A stretch of DNA of 64,000 bases from Bacteroidota bacterium (GCA_016124275.1 WGOA01000037.1:2690-66689), one strand, 5' to 3'. Positions 9,929-20,077 are shown, numbered from the stretch's first letter. Program-made: numbers and translations. The notes: a model not told the origin generated them from the letters alone.

Positions 9929-10570
9929 TCAACCGATCCAGCGGATGGTCTCAAAAGCCTCCGCAAAATCTGCGCCTACCTGAACCCCGCGAACCCGTGC
10001 CAGGCCAATTAAAAAATCGCGATCGCTGTAGATGCGGTTGCGCTGGCTTTCGTACTCCCGCACGGCCTGCACTTTGGCGTCCAGCTGCGCTTCGGTCACG
10101 CGCATGTGAAAATCCGAGCGAAAAATTAGGTTGTTCCAGGGCAATTCGTAGCCTAACAGGCGGCTGTGTTTAAAGGCGCGGAGCCCTTCCTGGTAAATGA
10201 CCTGGTGATCCTGGTGCAAATCCATGCTGTTGGGCATCAGCACCAGATCAGGCTTGAGCTGTGTCTTTAAACGCGTCAGCGTTTCCAGAATGGCCTGCCG
10301 GTCGCGCGGAAAATAACGCACCGCAAAATCGTGCCGGATGATTCGTTCAGGCGAAATGCCCAAGTGCCCCAGCGCCCTGGTGAGCTCTGTCCACAAGCGA
10401 TCCGGCGCTGAACCTGCCGGCAGCGATTCTATGCAGGGCGAAAAAGCTGCATACCAAACCGCAATGCCTTCTTCGTGAAGGCGACGGAGCGTGGCACCGC
10501 ATCCAAACTCTCCATCGTCCGGATGGGGAGCCAGAACCAGCGCAGTCTTGATGTCAGAGCTGAGGATCAT
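9929..10570 (-). CDS. PIG-L/LmbE-family N-acetylglucosaminyl deacetylase
   Basis: LVLAPHPDDGEFGCGATL (HPDD motif) and DLHQDHQV (HxDH motif). Confidence 0.8.
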   Translation of the reverse strand: MILSSDIKTALVLAPHPDDGEFGCGATLRRLHEEGIAVWYAAFSPCIESLPAGSAPDRLWTELTRALGHLGISPERIIRHDFAVRYFPRDRQAILETLTRLKTQLKPDLVLMPNSMDLHQDHQVIYQEGLRAFKHSRLLGYELPWNNLIFRSDFHMRVTEAQLDAKVQAVREYESQRNRIYSDRDFLIGLARVRGVQVGADFAEAFETIRWIG

Positions 10571-10726
10571 AAGCTATCTGGAAAGAGGCAAAGGTAAGCA
10601 GCAGGCAACTTGTCCACATTACGCAAGCCCGCGAGGCAATTTTCAGTATCGGGCCTTTTAACCGCGCAACTTGGTCCCGGATTATTCATCCGGATAATCA
10701 ATTGTTCACGATTAAATACAAGCATC

Positions 10727-11590
10727 ATGTACCGATACGCATTTTTTATGCTGGCGTTCGCTTTAACGCTGGCAAGTTGTTCAAAAAAAGAGGACGTGGG
10801 CCCAATCCGCGATCCTTATCCCTACCTCAAAGCCACGGTTGATCCGGGGGCAGTTCCCGCACCCGAACAAAGAAGCGCAGGGAGCAATCCTTACCACCGG
10901 TATGGCCGGCTGCACAACCAGGGTTTTAAGGACGTGATCCTGAGCACGAACCCATCCACTACCTATAAGCAGCTGATCAACATCATGGGGGAGTACACGG
11001 GCTACCCTGGCATGGAGACCTTCCGGGAATTCACCGGGTTAAGCGGCCTTCCGATTGAGCAGCAGCTCGATTCAGCCGAAGCAGCCGGGGCAGGCGAATT
11101 GGCCCGGGCAACCTGGCAGTTCCTGGCCGAAGAACTCCAAGCTATGGACACACCGGACTTTGCAGCAGCAAATGCTTTGTTCAATGCCACCGACGCTGCC
11201 CTACTGGGGTTTGATCCCGACGAACGGAGCGGAAGCCTGGAGCACGCCTTGGGCGTGAGCAGCATTTTCCGCTACAGTTTTGCCTTGCACACGGGCGCTA
11301 CCTTCGATGGCGTGGATTACAGCAACCAGCCCTGGAACCCAACACCAAACTTGCCGCCGCATCCTGAAACAGGGGTCTATATTGACTGGATCCAATTGAT
11401 TATGGCTGATGCTATGGGCTTTTTGGCGGGGTTTGATTGGAAGAAAGGTCTTGCCGCTTCGCTTTCTGACCTGGCCGACCAGCTTATAGGGGGTACTTGG
11501 ACCTTGTCGGAGGTCTTTTATCCTGAAATAGGGGCAACAGCACCCTTCAGCCCTGATGCCGCAGGCAGTGGTGTCATGCCTGACCGTTAA
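10727..11590 (+). CDS. Hypothetical lipoprotein
   Basis: The internal ATG at 10727 gives MYRYAFFMLAFALTLASCSKKED, a signal peptide with lipobox. No family recognised. Confidence 0.55.
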   Translation: MYRYAFFMLAFALTLASCSKKEDVGPIRDPYPYLKATVDPGAVPAPEQRSAGSNPYHRYGRLHNQGFKDVILSTNPSTTYKQLINIMGEYTGYPGMETFREFTGLSGLPIEQQLDSAEAAGAGELARATWQFLAEELQAMDTPDFAAANALFNATDAALLGFDPDERSGSLEHALGVSSIFRYSFALHTGATFDGVDYSNQPWNPTPNLPPHPETGVYIDWIQLIMADAMGFLAGFDWKKGLAASLSDLADQLIGGTWTLSEVFYPEIGATAPFSPDAAGSGVMPDR

Positions 11591-11794
11591 ATCCATGCGG
11601 AGGCCTACCCTGCACGGGATGACGCAACAACCAAATAAGCCGGGACAGGGCATCCTGTCCTGGCTTATTCCCATCGCTGGTCGTCCAAACGAACCGAAAC
11701 AGCCGTTTGTACATACCTCAGGGATGCCTGCGGATTCTCTGTAGCACCCTTGCTGGAAACTCCGCCGGTCTGACGGCAGCAGCCTATCTTCGGC

Positions 11795-13300
11795 ATGCAG
11801 TCTATGGGTATCGTATTCCGACAAGGAGCCATCAACACGGCCATCCTCTTTGCAGGCATTCTCATTGGCTTTGTCAACGAGTTTCTGTTGCTCCGAAATC
11901 TGCTTGATGAAGAGCAGGTCGGCCTCATTAAACTGCTTTTGGCTGTAACAGCCGTTTTTGCGCAGTTTGGCGCTTTGGGCGGCATCAATACGCTGCTTCG
12001 CTATTTCCCCTACTTCCGCAACAAAGAGACCCAACACGGCGGGGCATTGTTTGGTTTTTTGGCTATCGGCGGCGCGGGCTTTGGCATCGTGGCGCTGGTT
12101 CTTTGGATATTCCGCGGAGCAGTCGAAGCCCGATTTGCCGAAAACTCGCTGCTTTTCACCCAGTACTATGCCCTGCTCTATCCGCTGATCCTCTTTTCGC
12201 TCAACTTCTTGTTGTTGGAAGCTTACGCCAAGTCCAACTACAGGACCATAGCTTCTGCTGTGCTGCAGGAAGTGGTTTTGCGCCTGCTCATAACGCTCGC
12301 TGTGGGGCTCTATGCGTTTGGCTGGATTTCCATCCACCAATTCTACCTGGCCTTTACAGCCGCTAATTGTATGGTAACGGTTTTGCTGGCGATCTGGATC
12401 GTCCGGACCGGCGACTGGCTGTTCAAACCCGTTGCCGGTTTTTTCAAGGGACCGCTTTTTAAGCAGATGTTGGGCTTCGGGTTCATTACCCTGCTCTCCA
12501 ACTTTTCGGCGCGCTTGTACACCAGCATAGACTCCATTATGATCGGACAACAAATCGGACTGGGTGCTGTGGCCATTTACATGACAGGAAGCTACCTGAG
12601 CTCCGTCATCATGGCTCCTGGCCGTTCCTTAATTCGAATAGCCAGTCCACTGGTGGCAGATCATTGGAAGAACAACAACATGACCGCCATGAACAAGTTG
12701 TACCGCCAGGTAGCGGTCAACAGTTTTGTGGTGAGCAGCTGGGTGTTTCTGGTGCTGTATGCCAGTACCGGGGCGCTCTTCAGTCTGATTCCTGCATCCT
12801 TTGCACCAGCCATCAGCGTTTTTGCAGCCTTGGGCATCGCCCGCATTTACGACATGGCTACAGGCATAAACGGCACTATTCTGGCCACCTCCAGCAAGTA
12901 CCACTTTGTCGCCATTGGAAACCTCTTAACGGCAGCGGTAGCCATCGGGACCAACATCTGGCTCATCCCGCGTTATGGCATTCAAGGGGCAGCGCTCGCT
13001 ACCCTGATCACCATCCTCTCCACCAATACGCTTCGGGTGCTGTTCGTTTACCGGGCCTTTGGGCTGTTCCCTTTTTCGCGCAACATTCTTGGAGCGGTGT
13101 TCGCTGCCGCTCTGGCCTGGGGTGTGCTGGAAGGGTTGATGCGCTTAACCGGAGGCACGGGCAATGTTTGGGCAGATGCTGTTCTTGGCTCCCTGCTGGT
13201 AAGCCTGTGTTTTCTGGGCATCATTTTACCACTGCGGGTTTCTGAAGATGTGCACGAAAGGCTGGTCAAGCTTTGGAAGCGCTTCGGACCAAAGGATTAA
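11795..13300 (+). CDS. Oligosaccharide/polysaccharide flippase (MOP/Wzx-like)
   Basis: 501 aa with about 12-14 hydrophobic segments and a typical 'polysaccharide biosynthesis protein' architecture. The 450-aa antisense ORF 11201..12553 is treated as a shadow. Confidence 0.65.
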   Translation: MQSMGIVFRQGAINTAILFAGILIGFVNEFLLLRNLLDEEQVGLIKLLLAVTAVFAQFGALGGINTLLRYFPYFRNKETQHGGALFGFLAIGGAGFGIVALVLWIFRGAVEARFAENSLLFTQYYALLYPLILFSLNFLLLEAYAKSNYRTIASAVLQEVVLRLLITLAVGLYAFGWISIHQFYLAFTAANCMVTVLLAIWIVRTGDWLFKPVAGFFKGPLFKQMLGFGFITLLSNFSARLYTSIDSIMIGQQIGLGAVAIYMTGSYLSSVIMAPGRSLIRIASPLVADHWKNNNMTAMNKLYRQVAVNSFVVSSWVFLVLYASTGALFSLIPASFAPAISVFAALGIARIYDMATGINGTILATSSKYHFVAIGNLLTAAVAIGTNIWLIPRYGIQGAALATLITILSTNTLRVLFVYRAFGLFPFSRNILGAVFAAALAWGVLEGLMRLTGGTGNVWADAVLGSLLVSLCFLGIILPLRVSEDVHERLVKLWKRFGPKD

Positions 13301-13354
13301 GGTCGCTTCCAATTAAGAATCCTTCGTTGTGCCTAAACCAACCTCGTAGTAGGA

Positions 13355-14281
13355 TCAAGGCTTCAACAGGGGTCGCATGGGGCTTGCTGCGCCATTGTCC
13401 AGCACGACACGGAAGAGGAGCGATCCGGATGGCCAGGCCGCGGCAGGAAGCAACAAGGCTGTTTCGCCTGAAGATAATTTGCCCAGGTTACGCTGCTCCA
13501 GCATCCGACCGCTGGCATCGTATACTTCAAGGGTGGCACTCTGAGCGGATTTCACTTGAAGCGTCAGCGAGAGTTGATCCTGCAGCGGATTGGGGCCAAA
13601 AGCCACCTGCAAATCCGCAGGCTGGACAACGCTGCCAAATCCGGTGCTGCCCACGCGCTGAATGTTCAAGGTCAGCAGCGGATGCCTGGAGGCATCCGGG
13701 TGATCACTTGAAGCAAAGTTGATGCTGCGAAAAACCGATTCGCTTTGCAGTTGAATCATCAGCCCCTGAGGAGCGGTACCGGTTTCGTTCAACATGTCCG
13801 ACACCAACCCTGTGACATCCAGGTTGGTAAAATCCTGGTCCGGAGCGTCGCTGCGAGGAAGGAAAACGGCGTGATCCGTCACCACCGGTGGCTGGTTCTG
13901 CCAGGTCACGTCATTGGGGGTCCAGGAACCGTTAATGCGGGTAATGAGCGCGTCGTTAAACCCCAAGTGGTTTGGGTTGGTGCTGCCTGTTGTGGCAAAC
14001 AAGGACAGCGTTGCGCCAAGTAAGATTTCGCCCTCGGCTAATTCCGGCAGTTCAAACCGCATCAGGCTTCGCAACACAAAATCGCGGTCGTTCGCTGACC
14101 AGGCCAGCGCAATCAGATCGGGATTATCCCCGTAGTTGGCCGAAGAATCCAGGCTGCTCACGGTGGCATCTTCTGTGGCTGGAACGAGCACCTCTTCTAC
14201 CCATTGCGCGTGCAGCACAGCGGGAAAAAGGAGGCAAACTACCAGGAATAGAGCGGAGTTTGTGGTGTTTTTCGAAACCAT
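13355..14281 (-). CDS. Secreted protein with a DNRLRE-like N-terminal domain and a T9SS C-terminal sorting domain
   Basis: Signal peptide MVSKNTTNSALFLVVCLLFPAVLHAQ. ATEDATVSS..ANYGDNPDL...LRSLMRFELPEL resembles the DNRLRE domain. The C-terminus LSLTLQVKSAQSATLEVYDASGRMLEQ...LLFRVVLDNG is CTD-like. The track start at 14305 is also possible. Confidence 0.6.
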   Translation of the reverse strand: MVSKNTTNSALFLVVCLLFPAVLHAQWVEEVLVPATEDATVSSLDSSANYGDNPDLIALAWSANDRDFVLRSLMRFELPELAEGEILLGATLSLFATTGSTNPNHLGFNDALITRINGSWTPNDVTWQNQPPVVTDHAVFLPRSDAPDQDFTNLDVTGLVSDMLNETGTAPQGLMIQLQSESVFRSINFASSDHPDASRHPLLTLNIQRVGSTGFGSVVQPADLQVAFGPNPLQDQLSLTLQVKSAQSATLEVYDASGRMLEQRNLGKLSSGETALLLPAAAWPSGSLLFRVVLDNGAASPMRPLLKP

Positions 14282-14470
14282 GATTGCAGAACCATACCCT
14301 AACACATGCTATGGAATGTCCATAGGTCGAAAGGGTCTTTTGTTCCAGAGCAACTTAATGCAACAGGTCCAAAAAAGGCAAAGCAGAACAACCGGGTTGT
14401 GACAGGCATACAACCTGCAGATAAAGCCAGCAGGCGGCCAATTTTGGCTGAAACGATGGCTACTGGATGG

Positions 14471-14524
14471 TTTGAAGGTCCGGCGTGGGTTGAAGGTCCG
14501 GCGTGGTTTTGAGGTCCGGCGTGG
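14471..14524. repeat. 3 x 18-bp tandem repeat (TTTGAAGGTCCGGCGTGG / GTTGAAGGTCCGGCGTGG / TTTTGAGGTCCGGCGTGG)
   Basis: Read directly from the sequence. It lies 35 nt downstream of the stop of the minus-strand gene 14559..15893. Confidence 0.9.
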
Positions 14525-14558
14525 TGCCCGGCTCCATGCCCGGTAAACAATGGGCCCA

Positions 14559-15893
14559 TTATCCCTTGCCGCCTGCCCCCCAGCGTCCCAATGCGCTCTC
14601 CAAATCCAGCCCAAGGAGACCCAGTTCCTGGCAGCGCTGCATCCAGGCCTGGTACACCGGGCCAAAAGCCGCGTAAGCGCCCCCAGTCAGGTAATTGTTG
14701 TGCCACAACAGCGACAACACCGCACCGCGCTGGTTCCTTTCCAGGAAAGCCACCCCGCGCTCCACTGCAAAAGCTGCTCTGGCTTCAGGGGCCCTTCCCC
14801 CGAGCCAATAATGGTTGAACGTTGCGTCCATAAGGTGAAGCGGAAACTCCACGAAACGATGCGGCTCGCGGCGCTTGAACGACCAGGGCCGGAACGGCAT
14901 GCCGTAGCTGTTTCTAAAACCCGGCCGCTCGGCGAATCCGAGACTGGCATCTGCTGCCAGGCCGGCCTGCGCTACCTGCTCATAATGATCCGGCAGCCGA
15001 AACTTCAAAAAGTGCTGGCGGTTAATGGTCACCGGATAGGGAAACCCGGCGTACTCCGCAGCCATCGCGCCCCCAGTGCTGGCGTGCAACCCAAGCGAGA
15101 AACCAGGGGTTGCCATAACAGCCTGCATAGCCTTTCGTATGTTCGGGTCATCCAGCGAATAATCAGCATCCGGGGTTACCTCGCCGCGCCGGGCTTTGCG
15201 GGGTATCCAGAAGAAGGTGGCCGGCATGCCCCAACGCTGGTCCACATCCATAACTTTTTCTATGTTTAGCCAATCCGGACGGCCAGCGGCTTGCCGCCAG
15301 AGCAAGCCTGCAACCCTTGCCCATTGACCGTGGCGCAGCGCGTGCTTGCCGTCTTCACGCCAGCCCCGATACACCAGATCAATGTCGTGAGAAAGCATTA
15401 CTAAGCTGCGGGGAGCAATACGCGCAGGCCAGGAATAACGCTCGCGCAAACGCTCATAGAGGCGATCAAAGGCCTGCCCTACAAGATTCTCTTCCAGGCA
15501 ATCAAAACGGGCCTGCAAACTTGAAGCATAAGGAAATCGATCGTAAGCATCCCGCGCCGAAGAGCCGTGCTCCTGCAAGCTATTGACCAGATAAAAAGCT
15601 GTGGAAAGCGGATCCTCTTGTCCGTTCTCTGCCCGCAACAGCGGCGCATCCGGCATGACGCGCTCCGAAGCCCAATCACCGAGTTCCGCCAGTTGCCTAA
15701 AAGCAGCAGACAGCACCACGTCTGCACGGGGATCCTCAGAAATCCACAAAACACCGGGATCGCCTGGTTGATCGGATGGCAAAGCCGGCTGCCAGCCAAC
15801 CTGGCAATCCCGGGCAAAAAGCCCCCAGGACCAGAAGAGTTCTGGTGCCAGGGGGCTCTGTAGCAACACGCGAATGGGATCGGTTAACGCCAT
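14559..15893 (-). CDS. Putative polysaccharide deacetylase-like (CE4/NodB-related) protein
   Basis: LVMLSHDIDLV, ATFFWIPRK, LGLHAS and INRQHFLKF resemble NodB-type deacetylase-family proteins of Bacteroidota. The call is tentative. Confidence 0.4.
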   Translation of the reverse strand: MALTDPIRVLLQSPLAPELFWSWGLFARDCQVGWQPALPSDQPGDPGVLWISEDPRADVVLSAAFRQLAELGDWASERVMPDAPLLRAENGQEDPLSTAFYLVNSLQEHGSSARDAYDRFPYASSLQARFDCLEENLVGQAFDRLYERLRERYSWPARIAPRSLVMLSHDIDLVYRGWREDGKHALRHGQWARVAGLLWRQAAGRPDWLNIEKVMDVDQRWGMPATFFWIPRKARRGEVTPDADYSLDDPNIRKAMQAVMATPGFSLGLHASTGGAMAAEYAGFPYPVTINRQHFLKFRLPDHYEQVAQAGLAADASLGFAERPGFRNSYGMPFRPWSFKRREPHRFVEFPLHLMDATFNHYWLGGRAPEARAAFAVERGVAFLERNQRGAVLSLLWHNNYLTGGAYAAFGPVYQAWMQRCQELGLLGLDLESALGRWGAGGKG

Positions 15894-15975
15894 GCTGGGT
15901 TAGCAAGCAACAGGTGCCTTTTGGGCTTGAAGAAAAAGCCGAAGCACCCCGCTTCCTGAACCAAAAATAGCAGCG

Positions 15976-17523
15976 TTACAGATCAAACTTGATGCCCTGC
16001 GCCAGCGGCAGGCTGGTGGTGTAGTTGATGGTATTGGTTTGACGGCGCATGTATGCTTTCCAGGAATCGGAGCCTGACTCGCGGCCACCCCCGGTTTCTT
16101 TCTCGCCACCAAAGGCACCGCCAATCTCCGCACCCGATGTGCCGATGTTTACATTGGCTATGCCGCAATCCGAGCCTGCCGAAGACAGAAAACGCTCGGC
16201 TTCCAGCAGATCGCGGGTCATGATAGCGGAACTCAACCCTTGAGGCACTCCGTTTTGCAGGGCAATGGCTTCTTCCAGGGTGCGGTACTTGATCAAGTAA
16301 AGAACTGGCGCAAAGGTTTCGTGCTGCACCACCGGCCAGGTGTTCTCTACTTCGGCAATGCAGGGTTTCACGAAACAACCGCTTTCGTAGCCGGGACCTT
16401 GCAACACGCCTCCCTCCACGGCAAAACGGCCACCTGCGGCATTGACTTGGTCAATAGCCTGGAGGTACTGTTCCACAGCCCCGCGATCAATCAGGGGACC
16501 GACGTGGTTGGCCGAATCCAGCGGGTCACCAATGCGGAGCTGCCCGTAAGCGGCCACCAATTTAGACCGGAGCGAGTCGTACACCGATTCGTGAATGATC
16601 AGGCGGCGCGTCGTGGTGCAGCGCTGACCGGCTGTACCCACAGCACCAAACAAAGCGCCCATAAGCGCCAGATCCAGGTCGGCCTTTTCGCTCACGATAA
16701 TGGCGTTGTTCCCGCCAAGTTCCAGCAGCGAGCGGCCCAGGCGCGCAGCCACTGCAGTGCCAACGAGCTTGCCCATGCGGGTGGATCCGGTGGCGCTGAT
16801 GAGCGGCAGTCGCGCGTCGTTGCTCATCCATTCCCCCGTTTTATAATTGCCATTGACCAGGCAGGACACCCCTTCCGGCACGCCGTTGGCGGCAAAAACC
16901 TTGGCGGTAATCAACTGGCAGGCCACCGCGGTCAGCGGCACTTTCTCAGACGGTTTCCACACGCAGGTGTCACCGCAAACCCACGCGATCGCGCTGTTCC
17001 AGGCCCAAACGGCCACGGGGAAATTGAAAGCCGAGATGATGCCGACCACGCCCAATGGATGCCATTGTTCGTACATCCGGTGGCCAGGGCGCTCGGAATG
17101 CATGCTGAGTCCATACAATTGCCGGGAAAGACCAACAGCAAAGTCACATATATCAATCATTTCCTGTACTTCGCCTAGCCCTTCCTGCAAACTTTTGCCC
17201 ATTTCGTAACTGACCAAACGCCCCAGCGCATCCTTGTGAAGGCGCAGTTCCTGGCCAATTTGACGCACCACTTCGCCGCGTCGGGGCGCCGGCCAGGTTC
17301 GCCATTCCAGAAAAGCCTCTTGTGCTTTCTGAACCACTTGGTGGTACGCCTCTTCGGTGGTGGCCTCTACTGCGCCGATCAATTGCCCGTCTACCGGCGA
17401 AAAAGATTCCAGCCGCTCACCGCCGGTTTTGAGGGAATGTTGGCCCGTCGAGGTGCCCGAATTCATGGCGCGGAGCCCGAGTTCTGACAAAAAAGTCAGT
17501 GTAGTTGATTGCATGGTTTCCAT
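15976..17523 (-). CDS. Aldehyde dehydrogenase, ALDH7 (alpha-aminoadipic semialdehyde / piperideine-6-carboxylate dehydrogenase) type
   Basis: FLSELGL...NSGTSTG......SFSPVDGQLIG, GEVQEMIDICDFAVGLSRQLYG, ELGGNNA and the catalytic AGQRCT are all ALDH7-like. The start is uncertain (17562, 17523 or 17514). Confidence 0.8.
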   Translation of the reverse strand: METMQSTTLTFLSELGLRAMNSGTSTGQHSLKTGGERLESFSPVDGQLIGAVEATTEEAYHQVVQKAQEAFLEWRTWPAPRRGEVVRQIGQELRLHKDALGRLVSYEMGKSLQEGLGEVQEMIDICDFAVGLSRQLYGLSMHSERPGHRMYEQWHPLGVVGIISAFNFPVAVWAWNSAIAWVCGDTCVWKPSEKVPLTAVACQLITAKVFAANGVPEGVSCLVNGNYKTGEWMSNDARLPLISATGSTRMGKLVGTAVAARLGRSLLELGGNNAIIVSEKADLDLALMGALFGAVGTAGQRCTTTRRLIIHESVYDSLRSKLVAAYGQLRIGDPLDSANHVGPLIDRGAVEQYLQAIDQVNAAGGRFAVEGGVLQGPGYESGCFVKPCIAEVENTWPVVQHETFAPVLYLIKYRTLEEAIALQNGVPQGLSSAIMTRDLLEAERFLSSAGSDCGIANVNIGTSGAEIGGAFGGEKETGGGRESGSDSWKAYMRRQTNTINYTTSLPLAQGIKFDL

Positions 17524-17815
17524 AATCGATAAAGTTGGTCCTCTCTTTAAGGAGGCGGTCAAACAGGCGAAAAGGGCCGGTTTGGCTGGCCAAAGTTAGC
17601 GAATGCCCGGCTGGTCTGGGGGTCCAATTCCGGTCGAAAAGGCCCCAAAACACCCCACAAAGGCATCGGGCAACCCGGTGGAAAAGGGGCGCAACACGTT
17701 CAAAAATACTATCTAACTCATTGACAATGAACATGTTAATAGCATGTGGGTATCTCCTTTGCACCCAATTGAACAAAAGCCGTAGATTCGAGCAGTTGCG
17801 TAACTTTGCACGTCT

Positions 17816-19228
17816 ATGTTTAAAGGCGAAGCGTGGGAAAGAGAGGGTCGTGAAATCCGGGAATTGGTTACCCGTTTTGAACGCGCATTGGCCGAAGACG
17901 TTCTGGCCTTCTTCGACGATGAAGACCTGGAACAGATCATCGAGCACTACCAGGACCAGGACGAACTGGAAATGGCCTTGCAGGCTTCCGAATACGGCCT
18001 GGAGCTGAATCCCTACAACGCACTGTTTTACATCCGCAAAGCAGACGTCCTTTTTGAAATGCGCCGCTTTGACGAGGCCATGATCTGCACCGATCAAGCC
18101 GCGCTTTACGACCCTTCCGAAATTGAGATTTACTACCTGCGCGCAGACCTTTACGTGCAGAAAGAAGAATACCCCAAGGCCATCAAGTGCCTGGAAGAAG
18201 CGCTGGAACGCGCCGACCTGGAGGAGCACGATCAAATTCTGGTAGAAATGGCCGAAGTCTATGGAGACCTCGAAGATTTTGACCAGATGTTCGAAAAACT
18301 CCGCATGGCTCTGGACCTCAACCCCGAATCGGAAGACGCGCTGACCAAGCTTTGGTATTGCGTGGACATATCAGAGAAATACGAGGAAAGCGTTGCGCTC
18401 AATAGCCAGATCATCGATCGGCACCCATACGCCTACCTGGCCTGGTACAACCTGGGCAAAGCTTATGCGGGCATGGGGCTCTTTGAAAAAGCCATCGAGT
18501 CCTACGAGTTTGTGCAAGCCATTGAAGAGAAGTTTGGCCCCGTTTACCGCGACACCGGCGAAGCCCTCTACCGACTTGGGCGTTACCGCGAGGCCATTTC
18601 GCTCTTTTTGCAGGCCATTGACCGCAACGAACCCGACGAAGAAGTGTATTTCCGCATTGGTTCCTGCCGCGAAAAATTGGAGGAATGGGGGGGCGCTCGC
18701 CACCACTACCGCAAGGCGCTCCAGCTGGATCCGTACTTCCACGAGGCCTATTCGCGCATCGGGCACACCTACCTGGCGCAAAACAACCGGGAACAAGCCC
18801 TGCGCAACTTCAAAAAGGCCATTCAACTGGACCCCGACCACGCCGAGTACCAGGTAGAACTTGGTCGTTTACAATACGATTTAGACCATATTGACCAAGC
18901 GCTGGTCAGTTACCGCGAAGCCCTTCGCATCCGGCCCGATTATGCTCCTCATTGGGTTCAGTACAGCCGTATGCTGGCTGAATCCGGCGCCCGTGAAGCC
19001 GCCGTTATGGCTGCTTCTGAAGCCATCGTCCACTGCGGCGACCTGGCCCTCCTCCATTACGTCCTCGGTGCATGCCTCATGATTTCCGGCCGAGGCCGGG
19101 AAGGCAGCGAAAGCCTGCAACACGCCCTGGACCTTGACGCTCCCGCCCATCCCGTGCTCTTTGAGCTTTTTCCCCAATTGGAAAGGGACCCGCTGGTCCT
19201 GGACCTCATCAAGCAGTACAACCGCTAG
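17816..19228 (+). CDS. Tetratricopeptide-repeat protein
   Basis: Repeated 34-aa A/Y/L patterns (AWYNLGKAYAGMGLFEKAIESYEFVQAI, EAYSRIGHTYLAQNNREQALRNFKKAIQLDP, and others). Confidence 0.75.
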   Translation: MFKGEAWEREGREIRELVTRFERALAEDVLAFFDDEDLEQIIEHYQDQDELEMALQASEYGLELNPYNALFYIRKADVLFEMRRFDEAMICTDQAALYDPSEIEIYYLRADLYVQKEEYPKAIKCLEEALERADLEEHDQILVEMAEVYGDLEDFDQMFEKLRMALDLNPESEDALTKLWYCVDISEKYEESVALNSQIIDRHPYAYLAWYNLGKAYAGMGLFEKAIESYEFVQAIEEKFGPVYRDTGEALYRLGRYREAISLFLQAIDRNEPDEEVYFRIGSCREKLEEWGGARHHYRKALQLDPYFHEAYSRIGHTYLAQNNREQALRNFKKAIQLDPDHAEYQVELGRLQYDLDHIDQALVSYREALRIRPDYAPHWVQYSRMLAESGAREAAVMAASEAIVHCGDLALLHYVLGACLMISGRGREGSESLQHALDLDAPAHPVLFELFPQLERDPLVLDLIKQYNR

Positions 19229-19270
19229 CAGGACGATTGCTGGCACCTTTAACGCTAAAAGCACCACGGT

Positions 19271-20077
19271 ATGCGATACCTGTTTAACCTTGCGGACATT
19301 CCCGACCGCAGCCTGAAGCCGCGCAAATACGGCTTAACCATGGTCATGGACAAAGGCTTGAGCCTGCGCCAGGTGGAGGACATGCTCGAAGTCAGCGAGC
19401 CCTACATCGACATTGTTAAGCTCGGCTTTGGCACCTCATACGTGAGCCCCAACCTGGAAGACAAGCTGGAACTCTACAAGGATTCGGGCATTCCCGTCTA
19501 TTTTGGAGGCACGTTGTTCGAAGCGTTCATTGCGCGTGGCCAGTTTGACGATTTTCTTCGGCTGCTTGAGCACTACGGCATGGAATACACCGAAGTCAGC
19601 GATGGCTCGCTCGATTTGGACCACGACCAGAAATGCGACTACATCCGCAAACTGTCGCGCTACGTGACGGTGCTGTCTGAAGTAGGCTCCAAAGACGCCA
19701 ACAAGATCCTGCCCCCTTACAAATGGATTCGCCTGATGCGCCAGGAACTGGATGCCGGTGCCTGGAAAGTCATAGCTGAAGCCCGCGAAAGCGGCACCGT
19801 AGGCATTTACCGCGGTTCCGGTGAAGTGCGCTCCGGATTGATCGAAGAAATCCTCACGAAAATTCCCGAAGAACGCATCATTTGGGAAGCGCCGATGAAG
19901 GAGCAGCAGGTTTGGTTCGTCAAGCTCATTGGCGCCAACGTGAACCTGGGCAATATTGCCCCGGCTGAAGTGATTCCGCTGGAAACGCTGCGCCTGGGCC
20001 TGCGAAGCGATACCTTTGACCACTTTCTCACCAAGCGTGACACCCACGAAGTGGAAGCAAGCAACCCTACTCCCTGA
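19271..20077 (+). CDS. comA: (2R)-phospho-3-sulfolactate synthase (ComA family)
   Basis: KPRKYGLTMVMDKGLSLRQVEDMLEVSEPYIDIVKLGFGTSYV and ...EVSDGS... match the ComA/PF02679 pattern. Confidence 0.7.
   Translation: MRYLFNLADIPDRSLKPRKYGLTMVMDKGLSLRQVEDMLEVSEPYIDIVKLGFGTSYVSPNLEDKLELYKDSGIPVYFGGTLFEAFIARGQFDDFLRLLEHYGMEYTEVSDGSLDLDHDQKCDYIRKLSRYVTVLSEVGSKDANKILPPYKWIRLMRQELDAGAWKVIAEARESGTVGIYRGSGEVRSGLIEEILTKIPEERIIWEAPMKEQQVWFVKLIGANVNLGNIAPAEVIPLETLRLGLRSDTFDHFLTKRDTHEVEASNPTP

Noticed and set aside
7300-10570. Bacillithiol-type pathway (GT4 BshA-like plus LmbE BshB-like)
   Set aside because: No BshC-like ligase is present, and the deacetylase is on the opposite strand. The surrounding YfhO, methyltransferase and flippase genes point to a polysaccharide or glycoconjugate pathway instead.
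14299-14706. Minus-strand ORFs (135 aa and 118 aa) spanning the 18-bp tandem repeat, giving HAGPSTHAGPSNH / RRTSKPRRTFNPRRTFKP repeats
   Set aside because: Their composition is Arg/Pro/Gly-rich, they overlap the 3' end of the upstream gene, and the repeat explains their periodicity. I treat them as non-coding, although expression data could overturn this.
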